From Octopus vulgaris (taxonomy: Eukaryota): 64,000 nucleotides of DNA. Below the pieces are notes generated by a model, which saw only the letters and a list, made by a program, of their open reading frames with translations, was not told where the DNA came from and did no database searches. The position numbers were made by a program, and so were the translations under genes. Shown here one piece after another: positions 12,601 through 24,566 of the stretch. The stretch spans positions 181,164,001 to 181,228,000 of the forward strand of contig OX597814.1 of NCBI GenBank assembly GCA_951406725.2, written 5' to 3'. Position 1 is the first letter of the stretch, and each line of letters opens with the position of its first letter.

Positions 12601-15600
12601 GCTTTGGCAAGTTCGATGGTTTTGGATAATGACATGCAAAAAATAGTCGATATCATTTTAGGAAGAAAAAAAAATATTGCATACAAGTAAAAATCCTTTT
12701 TAAGTCAAAAGAGAATATAAAAAGAAAAATGAAGGAGATATGAATTGGTTTTGTTGATGCAGAATAATTAACAGCTTCAAAATATGATTAAATCAATTTT
12801 CAAACAGAGAGCAACAAATATGATGATCGTGAAATATAAGTATTAAGGGACAAGAAATTTGACAATAGTATATATATGAATACCGTAAAAACTACATAAA
12901 GCCTTAAATTCCAAATATCATCATTTTATATCTATTTTTCCAAGCTGGCATGGACTGAATAAGTTTGCAAAATAATATCTTTCCATGTTTCTTGTAGCTA
13001 TGATATCTATGAGTGCCACCATCATCTGCTTAGACTTAACTACTTGTAACCAGCACTTCTTTGGTTTATTTGTAACTCAGGTGTTTTTTACCATCAGACT
13101 ATATCATTTTTATATAACACACACCATCCACTTACAATCCTGCTCACAATCAATGTCTGATGTTTAGTGACTTTCTATATTCATGTACTCGACCCTTCCA
13201 GTAACATTTCACAAGTAGCAAACTTGTTCCTCTACAATTTCTGCAGAACTTGAACAATAATTACATCTGCTTAACTGCCATAGGTCACAATATATATCAT
13301 GTTTTGTATCTTGTATTGGGAGAGAAAAGTTGTCATGAACTAACTGTAAAATATCTGCCATCTCTATCAAATCATAACCAACATGGAATCAGTAGCTTTA
13401 CTGCATCATGTTTAAGCGTTTAATATTTGATACTGATTTCATGTTTATTGTATTCATAAGTGCCATTAATGACATATCTATTATAGTTGGTTGCTATTCA
13501 GTACTTAAAAAAAAAGTTGAAGATGACAAAGATAACTGCAGTCATGTGATACCATAAGGTCTGCCTATCAGTTTCAAATTGTACACACCACAAATACAAA
13601 GATTTCAATCTAGAAAAAATTAAATGTCAAAGAAAACAAAAATCAACAAAACAAGACAAATTAAAAGGAGAATAAAAAAGCGTCTAAATGCAATTTTCAT
13701 GACTCCAATTTAATATCCAATACAATTTAAAAAAGCTAACATCAAATTAACAAAAAAAAAAAATTATTCTAGAATGGTGTTGACAGTCGTACCTGGATAA
13801 AAAAAAATACATTCTCTATATGCATACATAGGATGTATACATTTACCTCTTTCTCACATGTACATAGAGACACATTTAAAAGCAAATCACAGAGGTTTAT
13901 TGAAAGGGAATGACATTATCTGGGGTGACAACTGTGATAGCATCAACAACAGGAAATTAAGTTATCCAAGTTACTATAAATATTGCAAATAAAGAAAAAT
14001 TGTATATTGATCTATACAGAGAATAAATATGGATCAAACTAAAGAAACAAAGAAAATATGAAAGAAAGAAAGAAAACATGAAATAAACAAAAAGGAAGAG
14101 ATAATAAACTGAAGTTTGATGCAGTGTTAGAGCAGTAACCGTATTATATGTCAAGTAGTTTCCTATTTCCAACATTGCATTCAATCTATCATGTATGAGA
14201 TTAATTCTTTGAGAAATAATATTGACACTTTATCATTAAATTTACTTCTTGTGGTAAATATTTATGATGAATATCAGTCATCAAAAAAATATTTTAAAAT
14301 TTCAAAAGGAATTTATTTTTGTAGTTACTCGATTCTACTTAAGCATATATGTAAGATGTATGTTTGAGTGTCAAAGTTAATGCTTTAAGATGGAAGTGGA
14401 GGGGATCAGATAGTTCAACCAGTAATGAAATTTAAAACAATAGTAAATTTTATTTGAAAGTAATAACTTTAAAATAAAAGTTAATCAGACTACATCAGCT
14501 CTGCTGATGCCAAACCAGGAAATAGGCCAACAAAAAAATTATTCATATAACTAATATTAGGTTTTGGTAGATATATTAAAAAAATTGGGAAAATTGGAAA
14601 AAAATAGCCAAAGTTAAAGATCAGTTATTTTAAAATATACAAGACCTATATACTTTTAAATATAGCCTCTTAACTCTTTCATATTTAAGTAACTTAATAA
14701 ATTAATATATAAAATTACCATTAAGTAAGAAAATTGACCTGTATGTGTATGTGTGAGTGTGTGCACATCCGAGACAGAACAAAAGAAAGAATACATTTAA
14801 ATATGTGAAGAAGAAAGATTTGTGATTTGTTTTATCAGTAATAACAGTTGCAACCAGATTTCACTCTAACTGTATCCTCAAATCTTGAAAAGGAAATACA
14901 ATTTAAAAGAAAAAAAAAAAGACAAAAAGAGGGGTGAGTTGTCACGGTTGAAACGTATCTTGTCATGGGCTTGACTGACATGGCTAAACATGAGGCTAAA
15001 AAAAGAAAACAACTCTGAAATTATGAATAATTAAAGGCAAAAGTTGACTCCTGGTAAGATTTGAACTCCACAATGTAACTACATACTGGAAATTTATTGA
15101 GACTGGCACCCATGTATTGTTTCTACCACCCAATAATAATCATTTTCAATATAGACACAACATCACAAATTTGGAGGAGGGCACATTTGGTCAAACTGAC
15201 ACAAGTACTTGACTGGTACGTATTTTATTGACCAAGAAAGATGAAAGATAAAGTTGATCTCAAAAGATTTGAACAAAGAAACCAAGCTAAATATCACAAG
15301 TCATTTAATCCATCACTCTACTGGTATCATATTTCAAATAAAACATAGTTAAGGACTAAATATATTCTATTACAAATAACATACTTGCTGAAAGTAATAT
15401 TTATAATTGAGTTTTCATTGAAATAAACTGGAATATGCCCCTGTCCCCAAACCATAAAACAGTTTCATTAATAAAAAAGCTTAGCAAATATATATTTTGA
15501 ACTGGTAAATCTGCAGTTTATTGTCTTGTTAATAACGGTAATCCATCCCAGGTAAAGAATAAGCCTCTAACTGGTCTATCAATTCATTGAAATAATAACT

Positions 15601-17960
15601 TAATCTCATCCAAATCAAATTATAAATAGCACACTGGATAATGTATTCCTAGAAACATTTTGTTTAAAAATTAAAATACAAGCATGGTCATAATTGAGAT
15701 GTCTAATTATAGATTTGTCCGCTCTACAATGCCTGGGGGCATATGCAATCTATTTAAAGGCTATCCTAGGAATACAAATAAAAATGATTTCTAGCTGAAG
15801 AAGAACTGCAACTATAATACTTTTAAAAACTCATAAAATTAATTATTTTGTTCTTTTAAGTTTTCATAAAATAGCTCGATAGATGAAAGAGTAAGATTCT
15901 TGTGTATTGATGTGTTCAATCCAGATTTAGTTGCATGCTTACAATCATAAATGTTATTGGAAAATATAAAAATGTTCAAAGTTGCCTTATTTGTCATCCA
16001 GCTATATCAGCAGAGAAACATCTAAAGGATGTGAAAATACAAAGTTATGATGTTCAAGGGGATGTAGATTTTTATGTTTCCATATTTTATATAATTTTTC
16101 AATAGCACATTTTTATAGCAGCTTATAGAAACAAATGAAAAAAAATTAAAGCAAGATACTTGAGGAAATTTCAAAACAATCTTAATAAGTGTTTGCTTGC
16201 ACAGCAACAGAAGCAAATCCCACAGTCATTCCAGATTTGAAATGGAATTTATAAACAGATTATCTTTGGGATAAACTGATAAAGGAATTTTTTCCAACAG
16301 CAATCAGAAGTTTACCTGAAAATCAAAATATTTTTACTATTTTGTTAAAAAATAGCAAATCATAATGTCAAATGGTAAGTATAATATTTTTTTGTGTATA
16401 TGTATGTGTTTTGTTTTTAAAGTGTTTTGGGGGTTGCATCAGTCAATTTCATCCCAAACATGCAAAACTTAATTCTTTGATCAGACAAATGGGCTGAAGG
16501 AAAGACTCACTTGAAGCAAAAATTTACAAATCAGTATGGATTCAAAACCAATATTTGATTTAAGAAATCAATAATAGTAATGCAATATTCAATATTTTTT
16601 TCATAAAGATCTGATGAAATCTCTCTGATTGTTGACAAGATAAACTGGAATAAAAAGAACCAGAATATGTTGTATTAATTAAAGGGGAAAAAATTGAATT
16701 CAACTCAAGGAAATATTTAAATATTCAATGAAACAAAATTTGTTTTACTACTTCTTAAAAGTAGAAACTCTGAAGTAGAGTAAACTTTTAAAAGTACAAC
16801 TTTTAAAAGTAAATATTTGGTTAAAGAGTGAATATTCAATTCAGTGTTGAATTAATACAGCTTCCACTTCTGGTTGTTGACAAGATGAAGCATGATATCC
16901 TAAGGCTTAAATATCAAATTATGATAGGGAATAATAAAACAAAATTGAAAACATCACTTTCATGTATATAGTTGAAGGAGTAGTTTTCTGGACATTTAAT
17001 TGGAAATGTTAAATTGGTAAACAAATATTCATGAAATAGTTCATTTTCATTAGAAGTAACTAAAAGAACAGCAGTCAACACACATAATCAGCTTACAATC
17101 AATGGAAACAGTTTAAATAGATAATCAGCCCCAGAAAAGGAAAATATATACCCTAAATTTACATATACTTCACAAGCATCCACATACTATACATGATTCT
17201 TACTCAGGTTAGAAACGAACTTGAAAAGACAGCCCAATTAAGAAAAAAAAAAGAAAGAAATTATGAACATTTGAACATTTCAGTAATAGCATAACCTTTC
17301 ACCATGGTAAAAGTTAGAAGGAAAATGCACATAACGCACTTTAAAAATACAATTTCTTAGAGCACTACTGCTATATTGACTGAAAGTATGTTTATAAAAT
17401 GCCAAATCATAAAATTAAAATAATTCTCAATAGAAATAAAGTTAATATTATTTTTCTATCTAAAAAAAAATATTGTATAGTTTATATTTTTATCCTCAAT
17501 ATTCTAGCATAGTATAAAAAAATAGGCAGAAAGCAAAATGAGATGGTGTCATATGAATACATAGTTGTTTCAAAAGATTAGGAAAAGGGAACATTTTGTA
17601 CAGGTCTTCCGCTATACATACTTAAGACTTAAAATGCAATGCACAGAAATAAAAATACACAAATATAATTGGTATCATAAAATCCTGAAGTTTAAATAAA
17701 AGCTGTAGCATGGAGATGTGGCCCAATAGAAGAATTAAGTAGCACAAAAATGACATTGGCACAAAAAAAGAAGCACAAATATCACACACTTTTTAATTGA
17801 TGACATTTATAGATAAGTTTCCATCTTGGCTGCTGATGCTATCCCAGCATGCCCCAGCATTTTGTTCAGTTTGAGGACAAGGAAGAGCGGTAAGAAAATC
17901 CAGCCACTAAGAAAGTGATAAAACGACAGCAATGCCAGGAATAGAAAACTTGAGCCTCAC

Positions 17961-18041
17961 CTGCTGGCATGGTGTATTGGATTGGAAAGTTCCATAGCTA
18001 GAGACTTCTTGTAAAATGTTGGTATAATTTTTTACCAGACC
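17961..18041 (-). CDS. Candidate alternative cassette exon of Munc18 (81 nt, phase 0-0)
   Basis: tgcatgcaatacaacag|GGT...CAG|gtgagg; open reading GLVKNYTNILQEVSSYGTFQSNTPCQQ in the phase of the host intron. Confidence 0.45.
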
Positions 18042-18480
18042 CTGTTGTATTGCATGCAAAGAACAGAGACACTAGATGAAGCACTGTCAGAAATATGGAC
18101 AATCAGAATGCAATACTTAATATATATGGATCCGACAGAGACACACATATACACAGATGGAGTGACAGCAAGCTGAATATTTGGTGGTGCCAACAATAAA
18201 CAAAAGATAGCAAATAAATAATGATTCAATAGTTAGCAAGAAGCAAAGTTTGAGCTAGAATATTGATTTCATAACTAAGAGGTACAGTATATATTTAGTA
18301 GATCACTAAACAAAGTTCATACAAAGGCACAGTGTCACAAGACTGATATCTTAAACCAATAAACAAATATAAAATGTTTAAACCTGTACTAAAAATGAGA
18401 ATGTTAACACATTTTAAAATTAATTCTATAGCAATTTATAGTATCTGAATTTTGTAAGTGATAATTAGGAAAATAGTTTG

Positions 18481-18843
18481 CCTGTGTGTATGTGTATATA
18501 ATTTAGGCTTGTCCACTGGCCTGTTATTCTGGCATTTCCAAGGCATGCAGCTGCTTCTTCAGACAGGTCCAAATTGGTAGAAAGACACACATCATCAATA
18601 CAGTGGCAGAAGTAGGACAGAAATTGTGCAAAGATAATAAAAACAACACTAATAAAATGCAAATGGGCGCCCAAGAAGAAAAGAGAGGCAGGAGAAGGGA
18701 ATGATTCAAGATGTGTACATAAACATGCATACATGCACACACGTTCACAGGCTAACATATTCACATACACATAAACACCAGTTAATCTCTCTTTATCTGT
18801 TCAGAGATCATTGGTACAGCAGAATAATTATAAGACCTGGAAA

Positions 18844-18879
<36 letters not shown>

Positions 18880-20570
18880 GGCAATAAGTTGGCAGAATTG
18901 TCAGCACATCAGACAAAATGCTTAGTGGCATTTCTTCCAGCTTTATGTTCTGAGTTCAAATGCTGCCAATGTTGACTTTGCCTTTTATCCTCTCAGGATT
19001 AATAAAATAAGTACCAGTCAAGCATTGGGATTGATACAATTGGCTACCCTCCCTCACCCATAATTTCAAGCCTATATTACAAAGAATTATTATCATCATT
19101 ACTATTAAAGTGGTCATTAGCACATCAGACAAAATGCTTAGCATAACTTGTAACTTTTTACATGCTGAGTTCAATGTTGTTTCTTATTCTTTCAGGGTAG
19201 ATAAAATAAGCTACCAGTCTAGTACTAGGCTGATGTAATCAACTACTTACAGTCCCTAAAAATTGCTGGCCTTGTGCAAAAAATTGAAACAATTATCATT
19301 ATTATTCAGTCAGGATCATTAAAGCATCAAACAGAATGCTTCACTGTATTTGTTCCAACTTTCTTTGTTCTCAGTTTAAATTTTGCCAAGGACAACTTAG
19401 ACATTCATCCTTTCATGGCCAATAAAAAAAGGTAGCAATCCAAGATGGTGGATTGGCAGAACTCTAAGAATATCAGACCAGGATGATGATGATGCTTTCG
19501 TTCTGGTTCTTTATGTTCTGAATTCAAATGCTGACATAAACTACTTGGATGGTAAATTTAACTTATCACCCAATTTAACACCTCCATCACTACTACTTGA
19601 CACCTTGGGTACTTTTAGTGGAGTTGACTGTCACAAGCATTTGGGCCAGTTTTCAATTTGAGGATGCCTTCCTCCCTTCTTTCCACTAGTGTTGAAGGTT
19701 CTATAACGAGTCATGAACACTGCCTTCTCTCCTGACTAAAAGATAAAAAAAAAGTTTCTTTTGAGTCAGTAAAATAAAGTACTAGTCATGTACTGGGAGT
19801 TAATATAATTAACCAATTCTGCCCCTCAAAATTGTCAGCCTTGTACCTAAATTAGAAATTATTATTCTCATTATTACCGCCTGACTGGCCCTCGTGCTGG
19901 TAGCATGTAAAAGCACCCACTGCACTCTCGGAGTGGTTGGCGTTAGGAAGGGCATCCAGCTGTAGAAACTCTGCCAGATCAGATTGGAGTCTGGTGCAGC
20001 CATCTGGTTCACTAGATCTCAGTCAAATTGTCCAACCCATGCTTGCATGGAAAGTGGACATTAAATGATGGTGATGATGATGATGATGTAACTACCAATA
20101 TTTCATTTGGCAATGACTACCACAGCTGTTTATTATCAGTGTCACTTCCAACTGATTTATGATTTTATTTGTTTTTACCATTAGATGATTGAAGACCTTT
20201 GCTTGGCTATCTCTGACTCACAACCCCTTTCATTCTGTTGTTTCAACAATCTATGAACAGATAAGAGGCAGACAAGTGTCTGTATATGAGATTGTGTATG
20301 TAGATTTGTTGAATAATTCCCTTTTCCCCTCTCTCTCCTTCCTGTAGTTATATTATTATATTCACACAACTTGTATACATTTTTTTCTGCACACTATTTC
20401 TACCATAGCAGTGATGAGGCAATGTCTCTTCACCAGCTCAGACTTAAAAAAGCAGCTGCATGCCATGGAGAAATTTTAGAGTAACAGCCACTAGACTGCC
20501 CTAAATAAACTACTGCACTCTGTGTATTTATTGAGTACAAACATATGCACACACACACATACACACACAG
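18481..20570. repeat. Long imperfect inverted repeat, arms ~18481-18826 and ~20228-20570
   Basis: ggcatgcagctgctt (18542) vs aagcagctgcatgcc (20450); aagggaatgattcaa vs ttgaataattccctt; ttatctgttca vs tgaacagataa; blocks are collinear. Confidence 0.8.
18877..19860 (+). mobile_element. Cluster of 4-5 degenerate head-to-tail SINE copies
   Basis: Repeated ggcagaa..cagacaaaatgcttag..gagttcaaat..ataaaataagtaccag..ggccttgt modules separated by (att)n. Confidence 0.65.
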
Positions 20571-20755
20571 AGTTCCTTCATGAAGATCATTCAAAATATT
20601 AATTCAAACAAGAATGTAGATGATCTTCATAAAAATATATATTTAAGTAATTTACATCTCAACTATATTAAAAACTGTTTTGAAGAAGTAAAATGTAAAT
20701 TTTAATATTTTTTGAGACCTCAATGTAGAAAGCTAAAAAGAATTATGTACGTATG

Positions 20756-20810
<55 letters not shown>

Positions 20811-23800
20811 TGAAAGAATATTTAAAATTCAGATCATGTGCATTGCATGTGCATTTATTTGCCTAGGAGATTTTGTGTTAGCAGCTTTATAAGAGTATAT
20901 CTAAAAAGCGTTTGGGTAAAAGTGGTGAGGACTACAAAATTTAACTTGAGGAAATGGATTACAGCAGGTGAAGTGTTTAAAATTCAGTCTCTTATGACAT
21001 TTGGATTTGTAAGTGTGCAAAACAACAAAAGGAAAAAAAAAATAATAAAGCATGTATTATGACATTTTTACAAAGAATTACTAACAAGTAAAAATGAAAA
21101 CCCCAACAAAAATCTGTTAGCTTCAAAGACATAAAGAAACGAATTCGACTGCATGAAAGTAATTAGACCTTTTTTTTTGGTAAATTTAAGCTCTTATTTA
21201 TATTAAATGCAACAATGACTAATACTTATGAAGTACAATTCAGTTTTGTTTCACAGCTTAAAATTTAATGAACAAAAAAAAAATTTTTAATTCAAGAATA
21301 GAAAAAAATGACACCATTTATAAAAATAAAACATAAAAGCTGATAATGGAACTTGAATTTTGCTTTTATAAAATCTGTGGGTGCTGATTAACTTATTCCA
21401 TTATTTTCATAATGAAAATTATCACCCATTCAACTTGCATGCATATAATTATTTAAATACAATTTTTAATGCATGGGATTTTGAGAAAAGTAGAATACAA
21501 AATTGTAATATTCAAACCTTCCTCAAGGGCATTAGGATCATAAATAGAATAATTCTTATTGGAAATCAAAGCTAAGTAATAAATTTGATTCTCCAAGAAC
21601 ATATTGCTTCCCCATGATACTCATAATATACCTAAATAATAATTAGAATTCTGTAGAATATTTAGCCAACATATATACAGAATACATTTAATTATTTAAA
21701 GAAAATCAATTTTCTTAGCTCAAACTCTGCTAGGAAAAGCTGAAGATAAGAGCCACAGCTTCAAGCTACCTTACTCAACAAGGAAATATCAAATAAGTAA
21801 TGTTACAATTTACTTTCAAGGTAAGGTTTATGCAAGTTTTTGGGTAAAATAATGATAATTATTAACAAGTAAATAAATGTGTAATTACAATTTTAACTAC
21901 CTTTCAATTTATATAAAATCCATAGCTTTGACTATTTAGACATACAACTATCAGATTCTGATTAAAGATTAAAAGTAACTCTATTGTGATATTTCTTTGT
22001 TTTAAGTTATATTTCAGCTGAAAATGTTTAAGACTGACTCTCAGAGTGGTTGGCATTAGAAAGGGCATCCAGCTGTAGAAAGCTTGCAATATCAGATTGA
22101 GCCTGGTGTAGCCTTCTGGCTCACCAGTCCTCAGACAAACCGCCCAACCCATGCCAGCATGGAAAGCAGATGTTAAACGACGATGATAATGATGATGAAA
22201 ACATGCACCTTAAAAATGGTAATTCACTCTACTAACTATTCCTTAAGAAAAACATAACCGCCATTTTAATGCAAACCAATGATGGTGGAAATAGGCTACT
22301 TTCTTGTGTCTACATAGATTTAGTTCTGCATTTTTCTTAATATCTAATAATACTAATAAAAAAAAAGAACAATTTTGTTTTTGTGTTTGTTTTGCAATAT
22401 TCTTGATATGAAATCCTGTATTAAAACAAATGTTATTGTATGTTTGTAGGGTTTGCTAATAAAAACACATGAACTGTTTCTACTTCACTTCTTTTATCAT
22501 TATCATTGTTAGTCAACTGATTAACAATTATGGTTTACCAGAGCCCATTCATCACCACTGTTATGATGTATGCAAACACAACATATCCAGTCAGGATACA
22601 TCATGACAGACCTGAAGCAACAAGAGCACATCATTGATGAGGATATGAGTGCTAAGGACTTGACTGACAAATAGACAAATTGACTAACTGGTAGAAACAA
22701 TAAATTAATCAGTTAATTGGCTTAACTGTTCACTAATAACAATAAAGAAGTAAAACAAAACTAGAGCACGTTTTTATTTGCTAAATGACCTTCCCAAGAT
22801 ACAAGAACTTCAATTTATACTCCTTACAATAAATATCTATAATAATTATAGCATATAATTGAAATGATAAAATTATCCAAAATGAAATAAAACAAAAACC
22901 TGAAACTTATTAAAGAAGACCTATTTTCAAATGCTCTAATTAAGTTGGGTTTTTTTCCTTAAAATTTATCAATAACAGAACTAGTTATATTTCAAGAAGT
23001 ATTATTTTCACTCATAGGATACTAGTTAGCAAACATCCAAAAACAATATCCATCTTTTCAACATTAGCTGTTGTTCAGCCTCAGGTCATCAAACTGAACA
23101 AACCTATGAAGAAAATCGTTCATGTTGAGATTGCTCAGTCCTTGTTAACAAATATATATCCAGTCTTAAATTATCCTGGATTCACTTCTTTCCTTTGTAA
23201 GAAAGTACTCTGAAGGAGAATGACTACTCTCTCTAGCAAGCAAAGTGACCATACAGAGGATCTCATCTTTAATTCCTTCAATTTTGTATGCTACACACAT
23301 ATACATACATACACACACACACACACACATACAATGTATTGCACATATCCATCCCATGTTTGTATTTTTCTTTTCCTCTTAGGTTATGTGTATAAAGATT
23401 TCAGTAAATTTTTTATAGGTTTCATTTTGTATGTTACAAAACAAGGCAAATTCTAAGTAGAGCCTTTAAATAGGAAATTAAACTTGGGGCAAGAAATAAA
23501 CATGTAACAGTTCTTGGAGAAAAAAAGCTTACAATAATTTTTTTTTCTTTTTGCTATAATTTTGAGAATATATATTCCACTTCCATAATATATTAGATAA
23601 TCCATACTTTATCACAGCACACAATAATTATGATGGATAAAACAAATGATTAATGATAAAATGATCACATTAAAATGAAATTAATTGATGTTCCAATAAT
23701 CAGGACTCTACATTTACTAAATGTCTGAAGAATATAGATGAAGGCTTTTTAAAGATTTGACAAGTTTTGCATAAGACTTCAGCATATATTCATAAATTAG

Positions 23801-24526
23801 ATAACCTTTATGTTGTATAATATTTTAGAAGTGAATTTTGGGGTTGTTTTTAAATACCATATAGGTTTAATTTCAAAGTTAAATGAGTATCTAAAAACAG
23901 TGGGTATATAATTATCAAAAAACTATTTTAACTGGTTAGCCATCAACACATTTTTATCAAATGATTTTTATCAATACTAGTATAGCTCCTATATCTAAGA
24001 TAATCATAATACAATCTTAAAAAACAAAACAGCGGTATTAAAGATGTTTTACTTAACTTTACCTATTCCAAGTCTTAGCTTGGTTTAAAACTACAATCTT
24101 AATTGCTGCAGCAAAGATGCTTTTTTTGCTAAGTTGCTATATCTCTTATGTCTATAAGTGATTTCTCTATCTAAATATATTACTTGTTACTTGGAGTGAC
24201 TTAGACAATATTACATTTTTCTCTTCAAGTTACTGGTGACCAATGGCTAAAGCCTGTCCTTCAGTAGTTCAATTTGAGGAAAATTTGAATATAAAAGTCT
24301 GCTCAATTTAAGCAATAGAATTAGTATCTGAAGACAACTTGAACTAAACAAAATATTTAGATTTTATCTGAAATGAAACTTTTTAAAATAACATTGAGAA
24401 TAATTTCCCCATGTTCCAAAATCTCAATATCAAACGACAAAAAATAAGAGAGTTGCTAGACTCAAGAAATTATCTCAATCCAAATTTAGAGAATATGACT
24501 TACTATGATTGAAAGTTTCTAAAACA

Positions 24527-24566
<40 letters not shown>

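Noticed and set aside
18465-18770. 101-aa minus-strand ORF as a nested gene
   Set aside because: No recognisable domain; coincides with an inverted-repeat arm and simple repeats
20179-20250. Good acceptor (ctgttcatag) with downstream GT sites
   Set aside because: Stop codons in all frames of the 72-nt form; overlaps a repeat arm
20403-20443. ~39-nt in-frame exon candidate SELVKRHCLITAM
   Set aside because: Weak donor (gtagaa), and it lies inside an arm of the inverted repeat
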